From Felis catus (taxonomy: Eukaryota), in the NCBI RefSeq assembly GCF_018350175.1, contig NC_058368.1, positions 161,140,001-161,204,000 of the forward strand: 64,000 bases of DNA, in the 5' to 3' direction. Of the stretch, positions 37,606-50,537 are shown piece by piece. The notes under the pieces were generated by a model. That model ran no database searches, had not been told where the DNA came from, and saw only the letters and a list, made by a program, of their open reading frames with translations. How positions within the stretch are numbered: the first letter of the stretch is position 1; every line of letters begins with the position of its first letter. The translations under genes were made by a program, and so were the position numbers.

Positions 37606-39108
37606 ATTAGAAACACAATTACAAGGATGGTAATGACAATTACTGTGGCATTCTCTGTGACACATACCCACAAATAAAAACTACTAGAAAGGCATATAAA
37701 TAGTGAATCACTGCCACATTCTATTTAATTCTTTAAAGATTAATAACTGTACAGTGATGAAGATTACCAGGAACAGATAATCTTGCTAGAGTGAAAATTA
37801 CCAAAAAAATAAGTTATTACAGATTTAAGGTGTTACTATTATAGTATGTTAAAAGCTTATTATCACTTAGTATTAACTGTGAAAATTAACACAAAGTCAC
37901 CAATAATTATTGAGCCCTATTCTGGATACTTGCTCCTGAACCCACAAGAAACTCATACTATTTTGTGCTTACTACTATGTTAAGTAGTTTGAGACAGACG
38001 GCAAAAGTTTAAAGAATTCACTATAAATTATAGGAAAGATTAAGGGTCTCTCAAAGCTTCTGTGTATTTTAATTACTTTTAACACATATTCCCATAGCTT
38101 TATACGAGAATCATGCAGATAATCAACCTAGCTCTTCATAACACATTGCACAGTGATGGAGACTAACATACTGTAATAAAGGACCTTATACAGGCTCAGT
38201 TAGAGATAATCCATTTCATGTGATACAGGAAGTATGAGGAACTCCTTTGTCAGGCTTCTCTATTATTCTCATTCAGAACTAGTTTTATGTTCCTGGTTCC
38301 AAGCAATATTTACTTACCTCGTAATGGTGGCTTCCACATATGCTGCAATGTAATAACCTGTCCTCTTCAGCAAGATTCACGTGGCACTAGAAGACAATTG
38401 TCCATGTCCATAGTTTTAGGATGTAAAGACTTCTCTGAAGGCAGTCCTAATCATGGACTGCTGCAAGCTCTGGTGGGGAAAAGAGATGCTTTGTCATGTC
38501 ATTAAAGAGCCATGAAGCTATGTAAAATCATCTCACCTTTCTAACAGTGGTCATTTCTGACTTTGTTAGGAGCAGCATAAGCTGTAAAAAGAATATTCTG
38601 AATATTTGCCAGTAAATATTATTATTAACATAAATAGGATATAGCTTGAAAACTGGAAATCGTGTGTCAATGGTCTCATAATTTTAAAAATCTATTTACA
38701 TATTTCTGGCTTTGCTTTAACAGGATGGAGAAATAGTAAAGCACACACTTGAAAAATGCTTTAAACACACCTGAAACAACATCACTTTTCTGAATAGCAT
38801 ATAGAAAATGAAAGACTGTTTTCTCTAAATTAGACATGAATATTGAGTTTACACTATACGGACTACTCCTGCTTTCTCTTTTTACAATGAAGACTAAGGA
38901 CACAAGTTTAAATGTATTTTTGAAACATATTAAATATATTAAAATATATTTTTGCTAATGTTCCTCTGTTTTTCCTTTAAATTACTACTTCTCCTTTATC
39001 CTTTGAGGTAAGACCTAAGTAGATGATACAGAAATTAGAGAGTGTAAGATAGAGCTATTATACCTTACAAAGCAAACGCATATATGTTTTTTAAAGTGCA
39101 TTGATATG

Positions 39109-39284
39109 TGCATTTATTTTCCTTTCTCCACCCAAATTTTCTTGTTTTTTTTATGATTGATAAATCCTTTAGAGAGATTTTTCTCAGAATGATGCATTTA
39201 TTTTCCTTTCTCCACCCCAATTTTTAATTTATTATTTTATGATTGAAAAATTCTCCAGAGAGATTATTCTCAGAATTATGCATT
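39109..39284. repeat. Diverged tandem duplication, ~85-bp unit x2
   Basis: tgcatttattttcctttctccaccc...ttttatgattga...agagagatt.ttctcagaat.atgcatt repeated from 39109 and 39193. Confidence 0.93.
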
Positions 39285-40765
39285 GAGGGATGTTCTACAT
39301 ATTGGAAAAGGACCTTAAATCAAAATTAAGCGTGTAAATAAAAGTCTGAACTTGAATTGGATCTCAGCAATTCCACTTCAAGTCCTTTATTTAATCAACT
39401 GGTCCAATGACTTATGAGAAACTGTAAAAGAAAAATAATGAAAGAAAAAGATACAGTATTATAAAAATAAGTTATTCTGCAATTTCTATGACAGAACTTT
39501 CTTGCCTTAACATTACTTCATAACATCCAAAGTTAACTCTATCTTGTTAGCAGATATATCTTGCTGGACTATGAGTAGAAATGTGCATATTCCTGTCTAT
39601 ACTGGAGTCTGGCTAAAATAATGATTCAGTAGATAGTCACAGAGGAATTAACTTTCAAAAGAGCTTGTTTTCATGGTTTAATTCTTAAATAATATTAGTG
39701 TTATATGTGACTTGATTGTAAAATTACTTGAAGTGAATTGTGTAAATTGCTTGAAATAATTGTGTCTACTGATATGCCTCCTGAGAAAATTGAAAATACC
39801 CTCAGTTGGTATTGAAGTGTACTTTTTTCCAGAAGTATATTTACTCTTTCTAATATCCTAAAAGAAAATGAAATGACACGATTTTCACTAAGTGCTACAT
39901 CTAAGAAATGATATGAGATGTAAAAGACAACACAAGTTATTTGAAAACATCCTTAGGAAACTTATTTTAAGATTGCCATACTGCTGAAGATTACTAAGTA
40001 CACTGAAACAAAGTAAAAAACAAAAACAAACAAACAAAACACTAATATAACCTTGGCCGTACATAGTCACAACTGCAATCCTTGTGGACAGAGCAGCAGA
40101 GTATTGTTCGGTAATCCCCAAATATAATAAAAGAACAAATGATTAAAATTAACCTGTATAAGGTTTTAAGAAATAAAACACAATTTCATTTAGGACTGGG
40201 GGCACACTTACCGTATGACAAATGTAATCAATCCCTGGATCTTTTTTGACTCAGAAGTACACCAATCTTTCCAAGTTGATATGCTTTATTTAGACATAGA
40301 GAGGAACCACTCTGATTAAATGGGATTGAATTTGATTAAACTTTTAACCTCTTCTGAATTAATTAAAAAGCACATTGTAACTATATGATTATACAATTTA
40401 CCAAAGGATGTTACCCAAAATAATCCCATTTACACTCACTATACACTTTTCTAAAACATTTGTTTATAACCTGAATTTAAGCTTAATACATAGGGCTATT
40501 ATTTTTAAAATAAAAATAACTACTTTATTTCTGATTATATAAATAATATATGCTCATGATAAAGCAAAATAAAATTTAGGTTGTATAGAAAAGCTTAAGA
40601 CAAAACGTGATAATTATGTGAAAAACAAGAAAAACCTCACTGCTTCAAATCCATTACCAATGACATTTTATGGCCCTACTCTTTCATGTATTTATAATTT
40701 ATTATGTATGTATATAAATGCATTACTATCGAAGTTGGTTCATATAATTTAAATTTGTTTTTGGT

Positions 40766-41385
40766 TGTGGGCAGAAAAAAAAATGGCCTTGATGATTCTT
40801 GCCCCCTTCTTACCCCCTGGTATACACATCTTCTATAATTTCCTCTTCTCCTTTAGTGTGAGCAGGACCATTAAATATGATGGGATATCACTTCTGTGAT
40901 TAGGGTACTAATTAGCTGACTTTGGGGGAAGCAAAAGAGAGAATTTGGGTGGGGCTAAGCCAATAAAGCACACTTTTTAAAGGAAAGTGAAACATCAGAG
41001 AGATGCTGTCCTGTTGGCCCCAAGGAAAAGTCAAACTGCCACCATATTATGAGTAGACTATTGGGACGCATGGCAAGGAAATATGGGGAACAGCGAGGAC
41101 CTGAGAGACCCCCCAGCATACAGCCAGAAAAAAAACGGAGCGATTTCAGTCCTACAACCATAAGGAACTGAATTCTGTCAATTACCATGACACAGCCTTC
41201 TGAAAGGACCAACCCCTAGCACCAGAAGGCATCACAGCAGCAAACAAAACCTTAATTGCAGCAGAGGACCAAACTAACTCTTACTCAAACTACTGAATTA
41301 GAGAATCTGTGAGATAATCAAACTGCGGTATTTTAGGCCATTAGGTTTACAGTGATTTGTTATGTAGCAACAGAATATTAATACA
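40766..41385 (+). mobile_element. MLT1 (E/F-like) solo LTR
   Basis: TGTGGgcaga start, cagtcctacaaccataaggaactgaattctg, end gatttgttatgtagcaacagaatattaataCA. Confidence 0.88.
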
Positions 41386-41599
41386 GATAGGTAATACAGA
41401 ATATATATACAACAGATTTTGACATGAAGTTAATTTTTTATTCTTACTTACATTGCTCCTCACTAATTTCACTGGTTACAGGTTCAATCTGCCCCAAATA
41501 TCTACAAAATATATAATCATTTAAACATCTACACTTCAGTCATTTAGTAGAAATGTATCATTATTTTACAAAAACAGTTCACTTTTTTTAAGTGAAAAC

Positions 41600-42450
41600 T
41601 GTTTTCACACTTAAAACATCATTACTGCAACCCTTTTGAGAAAATATACGACAGCTCTAACTCATTTCTTTGGTTGCCATGTATTCCATAGTATGGCATA
41701 TGATATTCTATTATTCCCTTGTTCAGATTGTTTCTCGCTCGTTTGCACTAGAAACCATGCTGTGATAAATATGTCTGTTCTTGCAATGTTACATATTGGT
41801 AGCTTAATCTGCATAGGACAGAACTTCATGAGTATGATTTCTGGGTCAGCAAGCATATGCATCTTTTGATTTAATAAATAATGTCTGATAATGTTCCAAA
41901 ATATCTGTACCTATTCATGTTTCCAACCACACTGTATTAGAGCATGACAGCTGTATTTTCACACTTAAATTTTAGAAATTCTGAGAAGTGAAAAAGGGAG
42001 GTCTTACAATACAATGGATTTCCTTATTATGGTTATGTAAAATTATTATATTATTATTTATCATTTATATTTGTTTTTTGAATGCCTATCTTTTTTACTG
42101 TGTTTTGTTTCCATCAAATATCTTTTGAGTTTTTGTTTCATTAATTTCAACAATTGTACATTATAAACTATTTAACTGACTGAGAGTTGCAATATTTGTA
42201 CCATGAACTTATGTTTTACTTTGTTTAATGGTATAATTTCTATTAAAATATTTTTCATAGGTTCAGTTCTTTAAATTTTTTAATTTTTGCATAGATAAAA
42301 TTTCTTTCTAAGAGTTTCTTCTGTTTTTTAACTTAAGTCTTTAATCCATCAAACTATTTTTGAATATGTCTGACTTAATGGTCAAACTATATTTTCTTCC
42401 AGAAGACTAAAACTTCATTTCTCCACTAACCTGAAATACCATATAGACAT
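41600..42450 (-). mobile_element. Old L1M(E) fragment
   Basis: gtattccatagtatgg...gatttctgggtcagcaagcatatgcatc...ttccaaccacactgtattagag...ttaagtctttaatccatc are reverse L1 3' motifs, heavily decayed. Confidence 0.6.
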
Positions 42451-42864
42451 GCATTGTTTAGTAACACTGCTAAAAATCTCTCATCACTGCAGAATAATCT
42501 CTCATCAAAAATATAAACAGATTAAAAACCAGTCTTTTTACATGTAATAAAATTGTAAATTGTCGACAATAATTGAAAATAGTTACACAATAAATACGGG
42601 AGACTTTCTTAAAATAACTCATTAAAACTTACGATCACCATAATTAAAATATTATATGTCAATAGGTTCTCAGTAAGATAGAGAGCATTACTGTTTATCA
42701 CATTTATTTTCTTGAATAATTCTACCTTTGATTATTATATTCACATGTTGTTAACTCTGTGACAAATCTAAGGTCAATAACATGGAAATTAATTGGACTA
42801 ATTTTCTGTGGAGCAGGAATCACTAGACAGTGAACTAGAAATGACAAGATATTTATGGCAAAAT

Positions 42865-43290
42865 TGTTAGCTACTCTCCCAAATCCAGGAGTTTCTCTTC
42901 TTTGTGGAAAAAGTGAAAAGGCTCCAAAAGATCAAAGTCTCCATTGATCTTACTTATGGCCATGTGACTGCTAGCCAGTGGAATGTGAGCAAAACTAACT
43001 CTGCGCCTGCTCTAGGCCATACAACACTTCCTATGGAAGTGATCTTCTTCCATGATCTTTTGCCTTTCTCAGTAGCTGGACCGTAGTGAGCACAACCCAG
43101 AAAGCCAGTGTTAATCATCATGCATGATTACTGAAGGAGGACCACCCTGCCAACCTGTTACCTGCCCAGTATTGTTACATGAATTAGGAATAAACCTCTA
43201 TTTCTTAAAAATCATTTTATTTATTTATGTGTTTGTTTGCCTTTTGTTTTATTTCTATTTTTTGTTCTGCAACCTAGCCTGCTTTTAACA
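42865..43290 (+). mobile_element. Old MaLR/ERVL LTR (MLT1J/LTR33-like)
   Basis: atggccatgtgactgctagccagtggaatgtgagcaaaa and gaattaggaataaacctctatttcttaaaa...tgttctgcaacctagcc. Confidence 0.55.
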
Positions 43291-43935
43291 GGTACCAATT
43301 ACATGTTAATCAATATCCTAAGGAGTTTTAGATACATAATTTAATTTAAAACACTTAGAAATACTCCAAAGGAGATATAATAATATTCTGAGAATTACAA
43401 AATGTGCATTTTCAATTCCTCTTGTATTACTTTCTCATTACTATGTTATTATTTTATTAAAACATTTAATGATTAAAATATAAAGGAGCTGGTAGACACT
43501 ACTCTTAAGAAGGGATATAACAAAAATCATTAGAATGTCTCAAACGAATACATTTAAGAATATGATCTGGAGGAGAATAAAACAACAAGGAAGTTGAACT
43601 TGTAAGAGACCTCTCCTTAGCTAAAAAGATGCTGTGTTCATCTGGGTAGGCTAAGTTATCACAAACAATGCCTTAAAAATGTACAACATCTCCAATAAAA
43701 TAGAAGATAATTATCTACTTTCATAACAATACAAAAGAAGTGTTATAAATCATGAGTAGTTCTTTTCCATCAGGTAATTTACAGACTCATGTTCTTTTCA
43801 GCTGGGGTTCCACCATATCCTGGGTCCTGTAATTACCTGCACCAAGTTGGAAAAGTGCAAAAAGAAACTCATATGGGAGGTTTTTGAAATAAATTTTAAT
43901 GCTTTGGGGAGGTCTAACTGTTACAGCAGTAACCC

Positions 43936-44131
43936 TATTTTTTTTTGAAGTTTATTTCTTTATTTTGAGAGAGAGAGAGAGAGAGAGCAGGGGAGGGGGA
44001 GAGAGAGAATCCCAAGCAGGCTCCACACCTCAGTGCAGAGCCTGATGCAAGGTCTGAACCCATGAACTGAGATATTGTGACCTGAGAAGTCAATAGTCAG
44101 ACACTTAACTGACTAACCCACTGAGGTGCCC
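43936..44131 (-). mobile_element. CAN-SINE
   Basis: (GA)n, gaatcccaagcaggctcc, cttaactgactaacccactgaggtgccc; flanking gcagtaacc / gcagcaacc. Confidence 0.92.
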
Positions 44132-44164
44132 TGGCAGCAACCTTACCTTAATACAAGTGATGAC

Positions 44165-44264
44165 TTCCTCTTCTCCTCTTTTCTTCTTCTTCTTCTTCTT
44201 CTTCTTCTTCTTCTTCTTCTTCTTCTTCTTCTTCTCCTTCTCCTTCTCCTTCTCCTTCTCCTTT
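44165..44264. repeat. (CTT)n / (CTCCTT)n polypyrimidine microsatellite
   Basis: About 17 CTT units then CTCCTT units. Confidence 0.97.
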
Positions 44265-44977
44265 GCTAAATAGTATAATTTATCTATTCTACCAGAGGGT
44301 TTACATAAATAACTTCAATTGACATTGTATTCCCAAAAATCTCAAATACTCACACCTAACTATAAAAAAAAAAACAGTTAAAAAATATTGGCTAGCTATG
44401 TGTCCAAAAGAAGTAGAGGCAGATTTGCCATGATGCTTTATCTGCTTTATTTAGTATAAAAGTCAGAGCCAGAGTTAACCATTACCCAGTCTGTGCAAAC
44501 TAGGCTAAACTACCAAGCTTATGGCTTGAGGAAAGGACAGTTTTTACCATTACTATTTTATTAGAATATTAAATATTTCACATGAATATAGATGAGAATA
44601 TTTGGACAAATGTATTCTATTCTCTTTTATTTTTCTTTTGAATACTGTTTTCATCTGTTGTTGTGAATGTATTTCTTTCCCATCAATCATTTGGGAGTTC
44701 TACTACCATCTTCTTTAGCTTCCAGATAATAAACTAAAATACATTTGCTCCATATAGACATACCTACAAGTAGAGACCATATATCTGCAATATAAGTTAT
44801 CAGTTGACATTAAGTATCACACAATGTTGTGCTAAGATAAGTAAAAACTGCTATGCAGGACTCAATATATTCTCACACACACACCAGCCCCCCCCACCCG
44901 ACATATACAAATGGCAACCAAAATGTCAATCTCCTCTAACACTAATTTGTTTTATGGTTTTAAATATGAATACCAAT

Positions 44978-45222
44978 AGTCTGGGTGGCTCAGTCAGTTA
45001 AGCATTTGACTCTCAGTTTCAGCTTGGGTCACGATCTTGCAGTTTGTGGGTTCAAGTCCCACATCGGGCTCTGTGCTAGCAGCGCAGAACCTGCTTGGAA
45101 TTCTCTCTTTATCTCTTCCTCCCTCTCCCTCCCCTCTCCCTCTTTCTCTGTCTCTCCCCACTTGTGCTGTCTCTCTCTCTTAAAATAAATAAACTTTAAT
45201 AAATAAATAAATAAATAAATAA
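44978..45222 (+). mobile_element. CAN-SINE with (AAAT)n tail
   Basis: ctgggtggctcagtcagttaagcatttgactctc..., CT tract, aaataaataaata. Confidence 0.93.
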
Positions 45223-45633
45223 AGGGCTGTGCTTCAACTTAATCATTAAAGGTTACTGATATTTTCATACACCTAAATTACAGAGGGTTAAATAAGTTTC
45301 CCAAAGTAGAGAGTCAACAGAAGACTGCTGAATGATAGTGAAAAATTGCTGCATTTTTCTATTAGAATAGAAATAATGTTTAAAAATGCATTTTTTTGAA
45401 ATTAGAGTTACATGATTTATAAAGTTCTAAAGAGTATTATCCTTTAAGGCCTCCTCTCACACATTTTATAAAAGATAGCACATAATTTTTGAATGACAAA
45501 TCAAATAAAACTTTATGCTTGACTATACCTAGTACTCCACCTTTCGAAACATGATAATGCACATATGCACTAAGGAGCAATATTGAGAATTATAGATCTA
45601 ATGGCCATAGAGGGTCCAAGAGAAATTATTTTA

Positions 45634-45714
45634 TTTATGTAGTTTTTTTAAAGTTTATTATTTATTTGAGAGAGGCAGAGACAGCACAAGTGCAGGAGAG
45701 GCTGAGAGAGAGAC

Positions 45715-45765
<51 letters not shown>

Positions 45766-45891
45766 CCCATGCAAGCTCCACGCTGCCAGCACAGAGTCGG
45801 ACGAGGGGCTCAAACTCAGGAAATTACAAAATAAAACCTGAGCCAAAACCAAGAGTCAAATGTTAAACTGACTGAGCCAACCCGGCATCCC
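45634..45891 (-). mobile_element. CAN-SINE with long (GA)n
   Basis: (GA)n ~45720-45762; perfect 16-bp TSD aagagaaattatttta at 45618-45633 and 45893-45908. Confidence 0.95.
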
Positions 45892-46539
45892 TAAGAGAAA
45901 TTATTTTAAATGTTTACTTTGAAGAAGTAGAAAAATCTTTGTATTTGTCCCCCCAAAACAATCAAATGCTACATGGTACCCAGCCATCTCTGGCCGGAGC
46001 ATTCTTAGCAGGGAAATATGGCACTGAAAACAATCAATGAATGTTATGTCCTACTTAATAGACCTTCCTTCAAGACTAATTGCAAACACACAAGAGTTCA
46101 ATGTTCCGAAACACATAGCTATCTGACATCAGTACATAAACTGGAAAAAAATCTTCTCTCCTTACTTAGCAATTGAATATTGTTAAGAAGTGCACTCCTC
46201 TAGACATTTTTTACCACAGTATTTTTGTCCCCTTATTTTTAGAAGCTAAAAATATGCAGTATTTTTATTGTAGTTTTTTTTTTAAGTTTGAAGCAACTGT
46301 GAAAATTAGAATTACAGTAGGAAAAGACACAGGAGGTGATCTAAGCATGTAAACTCTTCTCTTTACCCTAATTTTCCTAAGTGTAGCCAACTGGAAAGAT
46401 ATATCAGCCTCACCTAGAAATTCAAGAGATGCTTATGAGAGAGTTAATGAAGGAATATGTTCTTTTGCCTGAAATCTCTATATCCACTTCCTTATTCTAA
46501 GGATGCTTATTGACTTCTACTCCAATTAATGTGCTTGAA

Positions 46540-46582
46540 GGGGGCACCTGGCTAGCTCGGTCAGTAGAACCGAAAGGAAGCA
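46540..46582 (+). mobile_element. Head-only tRNA-derived SINE remnant with TSD
   Basis: gggggcacctggctagctcggtcagtagaac (A-box region) flanked by 14-bp aattaatgtgcttg at 46524-46537 and 46583-46596. Confidence 0.8.
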
Positions 46583-47494
46583 AATTAATGTGCTTGTTAA
46601 GATAGACATCAGAAATGGCAAAGTTATTAACCATCTTCCTGTTATCAGAGGAAGACCAATGAAGGTTTCAACTGCCTACCAAACCCTGAAATCTCCAGCT
46701 GAACTGAAGAGTAGGTTCTCTTTAAGACCATTCTTCTTCTTCCCATGTAAGGAGAAGAGCAACTTTCTATTGACCTTGAGAAGGACCAAATAATATTCCA
46801 CTGGCCCCTGCCGAGGGGATGAGAGCGAGCATGACTTACCAGAGAAAATCAAATTGTGACAGAAATATTTGCTGTGGAGAGCCCATACTAGCTAACAATA
46901 ACAGGAAGTATATATTATGATATATAAATATGAGCAGGCAACTTGAACAAATTAAAATCAACAAATAAAAGGAATCAGCAACTGAAAAAGAGAGACCTAG
47001 GAAAATAGAGTAAATGCATTTCAGTAAAGGCAAAACAAATAGAAAAATTATAAAAACAGAGTTTTGTAAAAGTATTAATTATACTTTCATATGAATATTA
47101 AAATAAAGCACTTCAATGATAATATTTACACTTTCAACAACATAAAATAAAATTACAACAAAAAATATTTGAGATAGAAAACTCTCTAGCAAGAGAAACA
47201 TAGCTCTGAAAGTAAAAAACAATGGTAGAGGATGTGACTAGTAAAATAAATTAGTGCAATACGAGATAGGTTAGGTAATACAAACGGAAGCAAGGGGGAA
47301 AAAGGTGTGATTTAGGAAGAAAGAGAGAAAAGAGAGATGGCAGAAATAAAAAGATAAGTCAAATAAATCTAGAATGTCCAATATTTCAGTGTGTCAAACA
47401 GCATTCTATATATTGACAAGAATAGAAGCCTACTCTGTCTAATCAATCAAAAGTGAAATTTATATGAAATGTAACGTTCTTACATGAGGAGAGC

Positions 47495-47696
47495 TTTTTT
47501 TAAACATTTTTTTTATTATTAAGAGACAGAGCGTGAACAGGGGAGGGGCAGAGAGAGAGGGAGACAGAATCAGAAGCAGGCTCCAGGCTCTCAGATGTCA
47601 GCACAGATCCTGTTGTGGGGCTCAAACTCACAAACTGCAAGATCATGACCTGAGCTGAAATCGGAGGCTTAACTGACTGAGCCACCCAGGCACCCT
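47495..47696 (-). mobile_element. CAN-SINE
   Basis: Reverse SINE ending gagccacccaggcaccc. Confidence 0.94.
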
Positions 47697-48916
47697 GATG
47701 AGAGAGTTTTGCTTTGTTCCTGCACCTAGAACTGTATCTGAGACAAGGGAGATTTCAGTAAATATTTCTTGCATGGATGGATGGATGAATAGATAAGGGA
47801 AATATGGATAATGGATAAACAAATGTATGGCATTTTCAAGAAGAAAATTTTACATGCTCTGATTTTACTCTTTGGAAAGCAAATATTTCCAGAATTTTCC
47901 TTGCCAGCTTTGCTAAAGAATGACAAGATCTTATTCCCTGAATGAAATAATATTCAATAATACTACAATAACACTTTTGTTTTCAATCTGGAGATAAAGA
48001 CCTATTTCTGAGTGCTGACAAATGGTTTATTTCACTTATATGATAAAATTTATTTTAGAAGAATTGCAATTACAATGTAAGTCGTTTTGTTTATTCTGAT
48101 GGTAAATATTTAATATACATCCTCCTGAAAACAAGAGAGCAACTAGAGTTACTTACTAATATGTTCTTAAGAGCACTAATACATCTTTAAATAATAGTCC
48201 TCAGGCATGCACAGAATAGCTTAAACAACAAAACACAAATGGGAAGAAAAAAAGACTCAGGAAGTAGATTTGTAATGAGATGTTATAACTTTTACCTCAA
48301 GGTCACCAGTTTATATGTAAGCTAAGTCATCAGTCATTGATATATTTACTAATTTGTGGAAATAAGATGAAGAAATTCTCTCAAAAGGCAGTTTTAGTAA
48401 AAATCAGGATGAATTATGGCTCATATGACAGAGTTTTATAGTTATGATTATTCAAATGATAATTATGATCATTCAAATGATAAAGGATAAAGAATTTGCA
48501 CCACAAATATATTTATGTGAAACTCTATCCTATTCATTAACAGGTCTTCACATTTAAATATTGCAAGTTATCAATTTCCCCTTAAATGTACTTTAATAAT
48601 CCAAAGAATGAAAAAAATTAAGAGACAGTATTAGAAGTCACTCTTATGTTTAACTATAAAATTATAGTTTAAATGATTAGTATATTGGTAACAGAGACAT
48701 GAAATAATAGGAATATACCTAAAGTAGCTAGTAGAGAAAATATGAGTCATCGGTAAATTCTTTTACCTTACACATGAAGAAAATGACTTCCACGAAATCT
48801 AAATCTTTGCTCATCATAATGCCCAATAGTGGCCAGTAGCTGAAATTTCAGGCTTAGAATCCATGTCTCATGAATTCTCATCCACTGTCTTTTACAACCT
48901 ATAGACTTGTCCAATC

Positions 48917-48977
48917 ACTATGCTATACACTGAACCTAATGTAACATTGAGTATCAACTAAAATTTAATTAAAAAAA
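48917..48977 (+). mobile_element. Very short carnivore L1 3' tail
   Basis: cactatgctatacactgaacctaatgtaacattgagtatcaacta...aattaaaaaaa resembles the extreme 3' end of carnivore L1. Confidence 0.7.
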
Positions 48978-49161
48978 CCCTCAGTCTTTTGAATGGCATT
49001 AAAAATTGCATGAGTGTACCTTAATTAATTTGATTAGTCTTTTATGGACATTCAGAAAAGTTCTTACATATATGTGACCAAGAGTAGCTATAGGATAAAT
49101 TCTTAGAGATTAAATTACTGGAATAAAAAAATCTGTACATATTTAATTTGAATTAATATGT

Positions 49162-49165
<4 letters not shown>

Positions 49166-49204
<39 letters not shown>
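49166..49204. repeat. (TA)n microsatellite
   Basis: About 19 TA units. Confidence 0.97.
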
Positions 49205-49206
<2 letters not shown>

Positions 49207-50322
49207 CAGCAGTACACAAGAATGCCTATTTCCCTTTATACTTTGCTAACACTTTCTGATCTTCGGTAAAATGATAAATAAAACTGGTGTCTACCTAAAA
49301 AAAAATGAAAAAAAAGTTTCCTTTACTTGAATTTTTTTGACCCAAAGCATTTTCTTACTACTTTTTTTTTTTTGAGATTAAAAAAAAGGTCTCCTATTGG
49401 TTCTTAGTGCCCTTGATGTTTATAAGGTTGAAGTTATGTCCTTCCAACAGCATGGAACCTTTTTCAGACATTTTGTGTAGACTGTAATATACAGTTCTGG
49501 AGTATAACCTAGTATGTCTTTAAAAATACAGAGGCATTTATAAAGACTCCCACTATGATGTGGAAAAAAAAGCATCTCATACTAATGATGAACTCTTAGG
49601 GGGGAAAGCATTTATATCCAGATAAAAACAAACATAATCATTTTATTCTTGGCATTAACAAATGTCAGATGATTTCTTTTATTTTTTGATTATTTAATGC
49701 CCTTATAGTTCAGTGATCTTTAAACATATGTTAAGGGAAGTTGCCATAATGCTCTTTCAAAGTAATTAAAATTCAATATAAAATCCATGGTGCGTGGCAC
49801 ATAGTAGGCATAAAATATACTTTGTCATTAAATTATTTTTGAATCTTGTATGTGTATAAATGTATTTTATTTTAAAGTGTCTGAAATACAGAATACTATG
49901 ACAGAAATCAAGCTTAAGTAAAAAAATGAAAATTATTCCCTAAAAAATTATACCCTTGCTTCGAGTCTGAGAATAGTATGAGTAATATGAATAACTGTTA
50001 TGCATATATTGTATCTATTATTAAATATAGTTGAATAACATATATGACCTACTAATTATGGAAATATTTGTTATCATATTCAGCTATATTTGAATAAAAT
50101 TAAATAATAAGCTGTACAAAACACAAATAAGTCTTGTTCTGCTTTTTAAGATTGTACTTCGTGCTTTCTGTGGCTATTTTTTCCATTATCATTATAATTG
50201 CATATTGTCACTTGTAGTTTAGCCAAGCTTAAACTAATATCAACAAATTTGTCTTGCTCTTTTAAGTATTGTCTTCTACACCAGAAAATAATGTAAAATA
50301 TTTTACCATAAAAATTATTTTT

Positions 50323-50537
50323 GGGGGCACCTGGTTGGCTCAGTTGGTTGGGTGACCGACTTCGGCTCAGGTCATGATCTCACAGTTTGTGAGTTCAAGC
50401 CCTGCGTCGGGCTCTGTGCTGACAGCTTAGAGGCTAGAGCCTGCTTCAGATTCTGTGTCTCCCCTCTCTCTACCCCTCCCCTGCTCACACTCTTTGTCTG
50501 TCTCTCAGTAATAAATAAACGTTAAAAATTTTTTTTT
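50323..50537 (+). mobile_element. CAN-SINE
   Basis: gggggcacctggttggctcagttggttggg...; TSD aaaaattatttttt. Confidence 0.95.

Noticed and set aside
46834..46915. Possible ~52-nt minus-strand exon (ttgttAG ... CTG/GTAAGT)
   Set aside because: Adjacent to A-rich, old L1-like sequence that supplies polypyrimidine tracts by chance; peptide not recognised.
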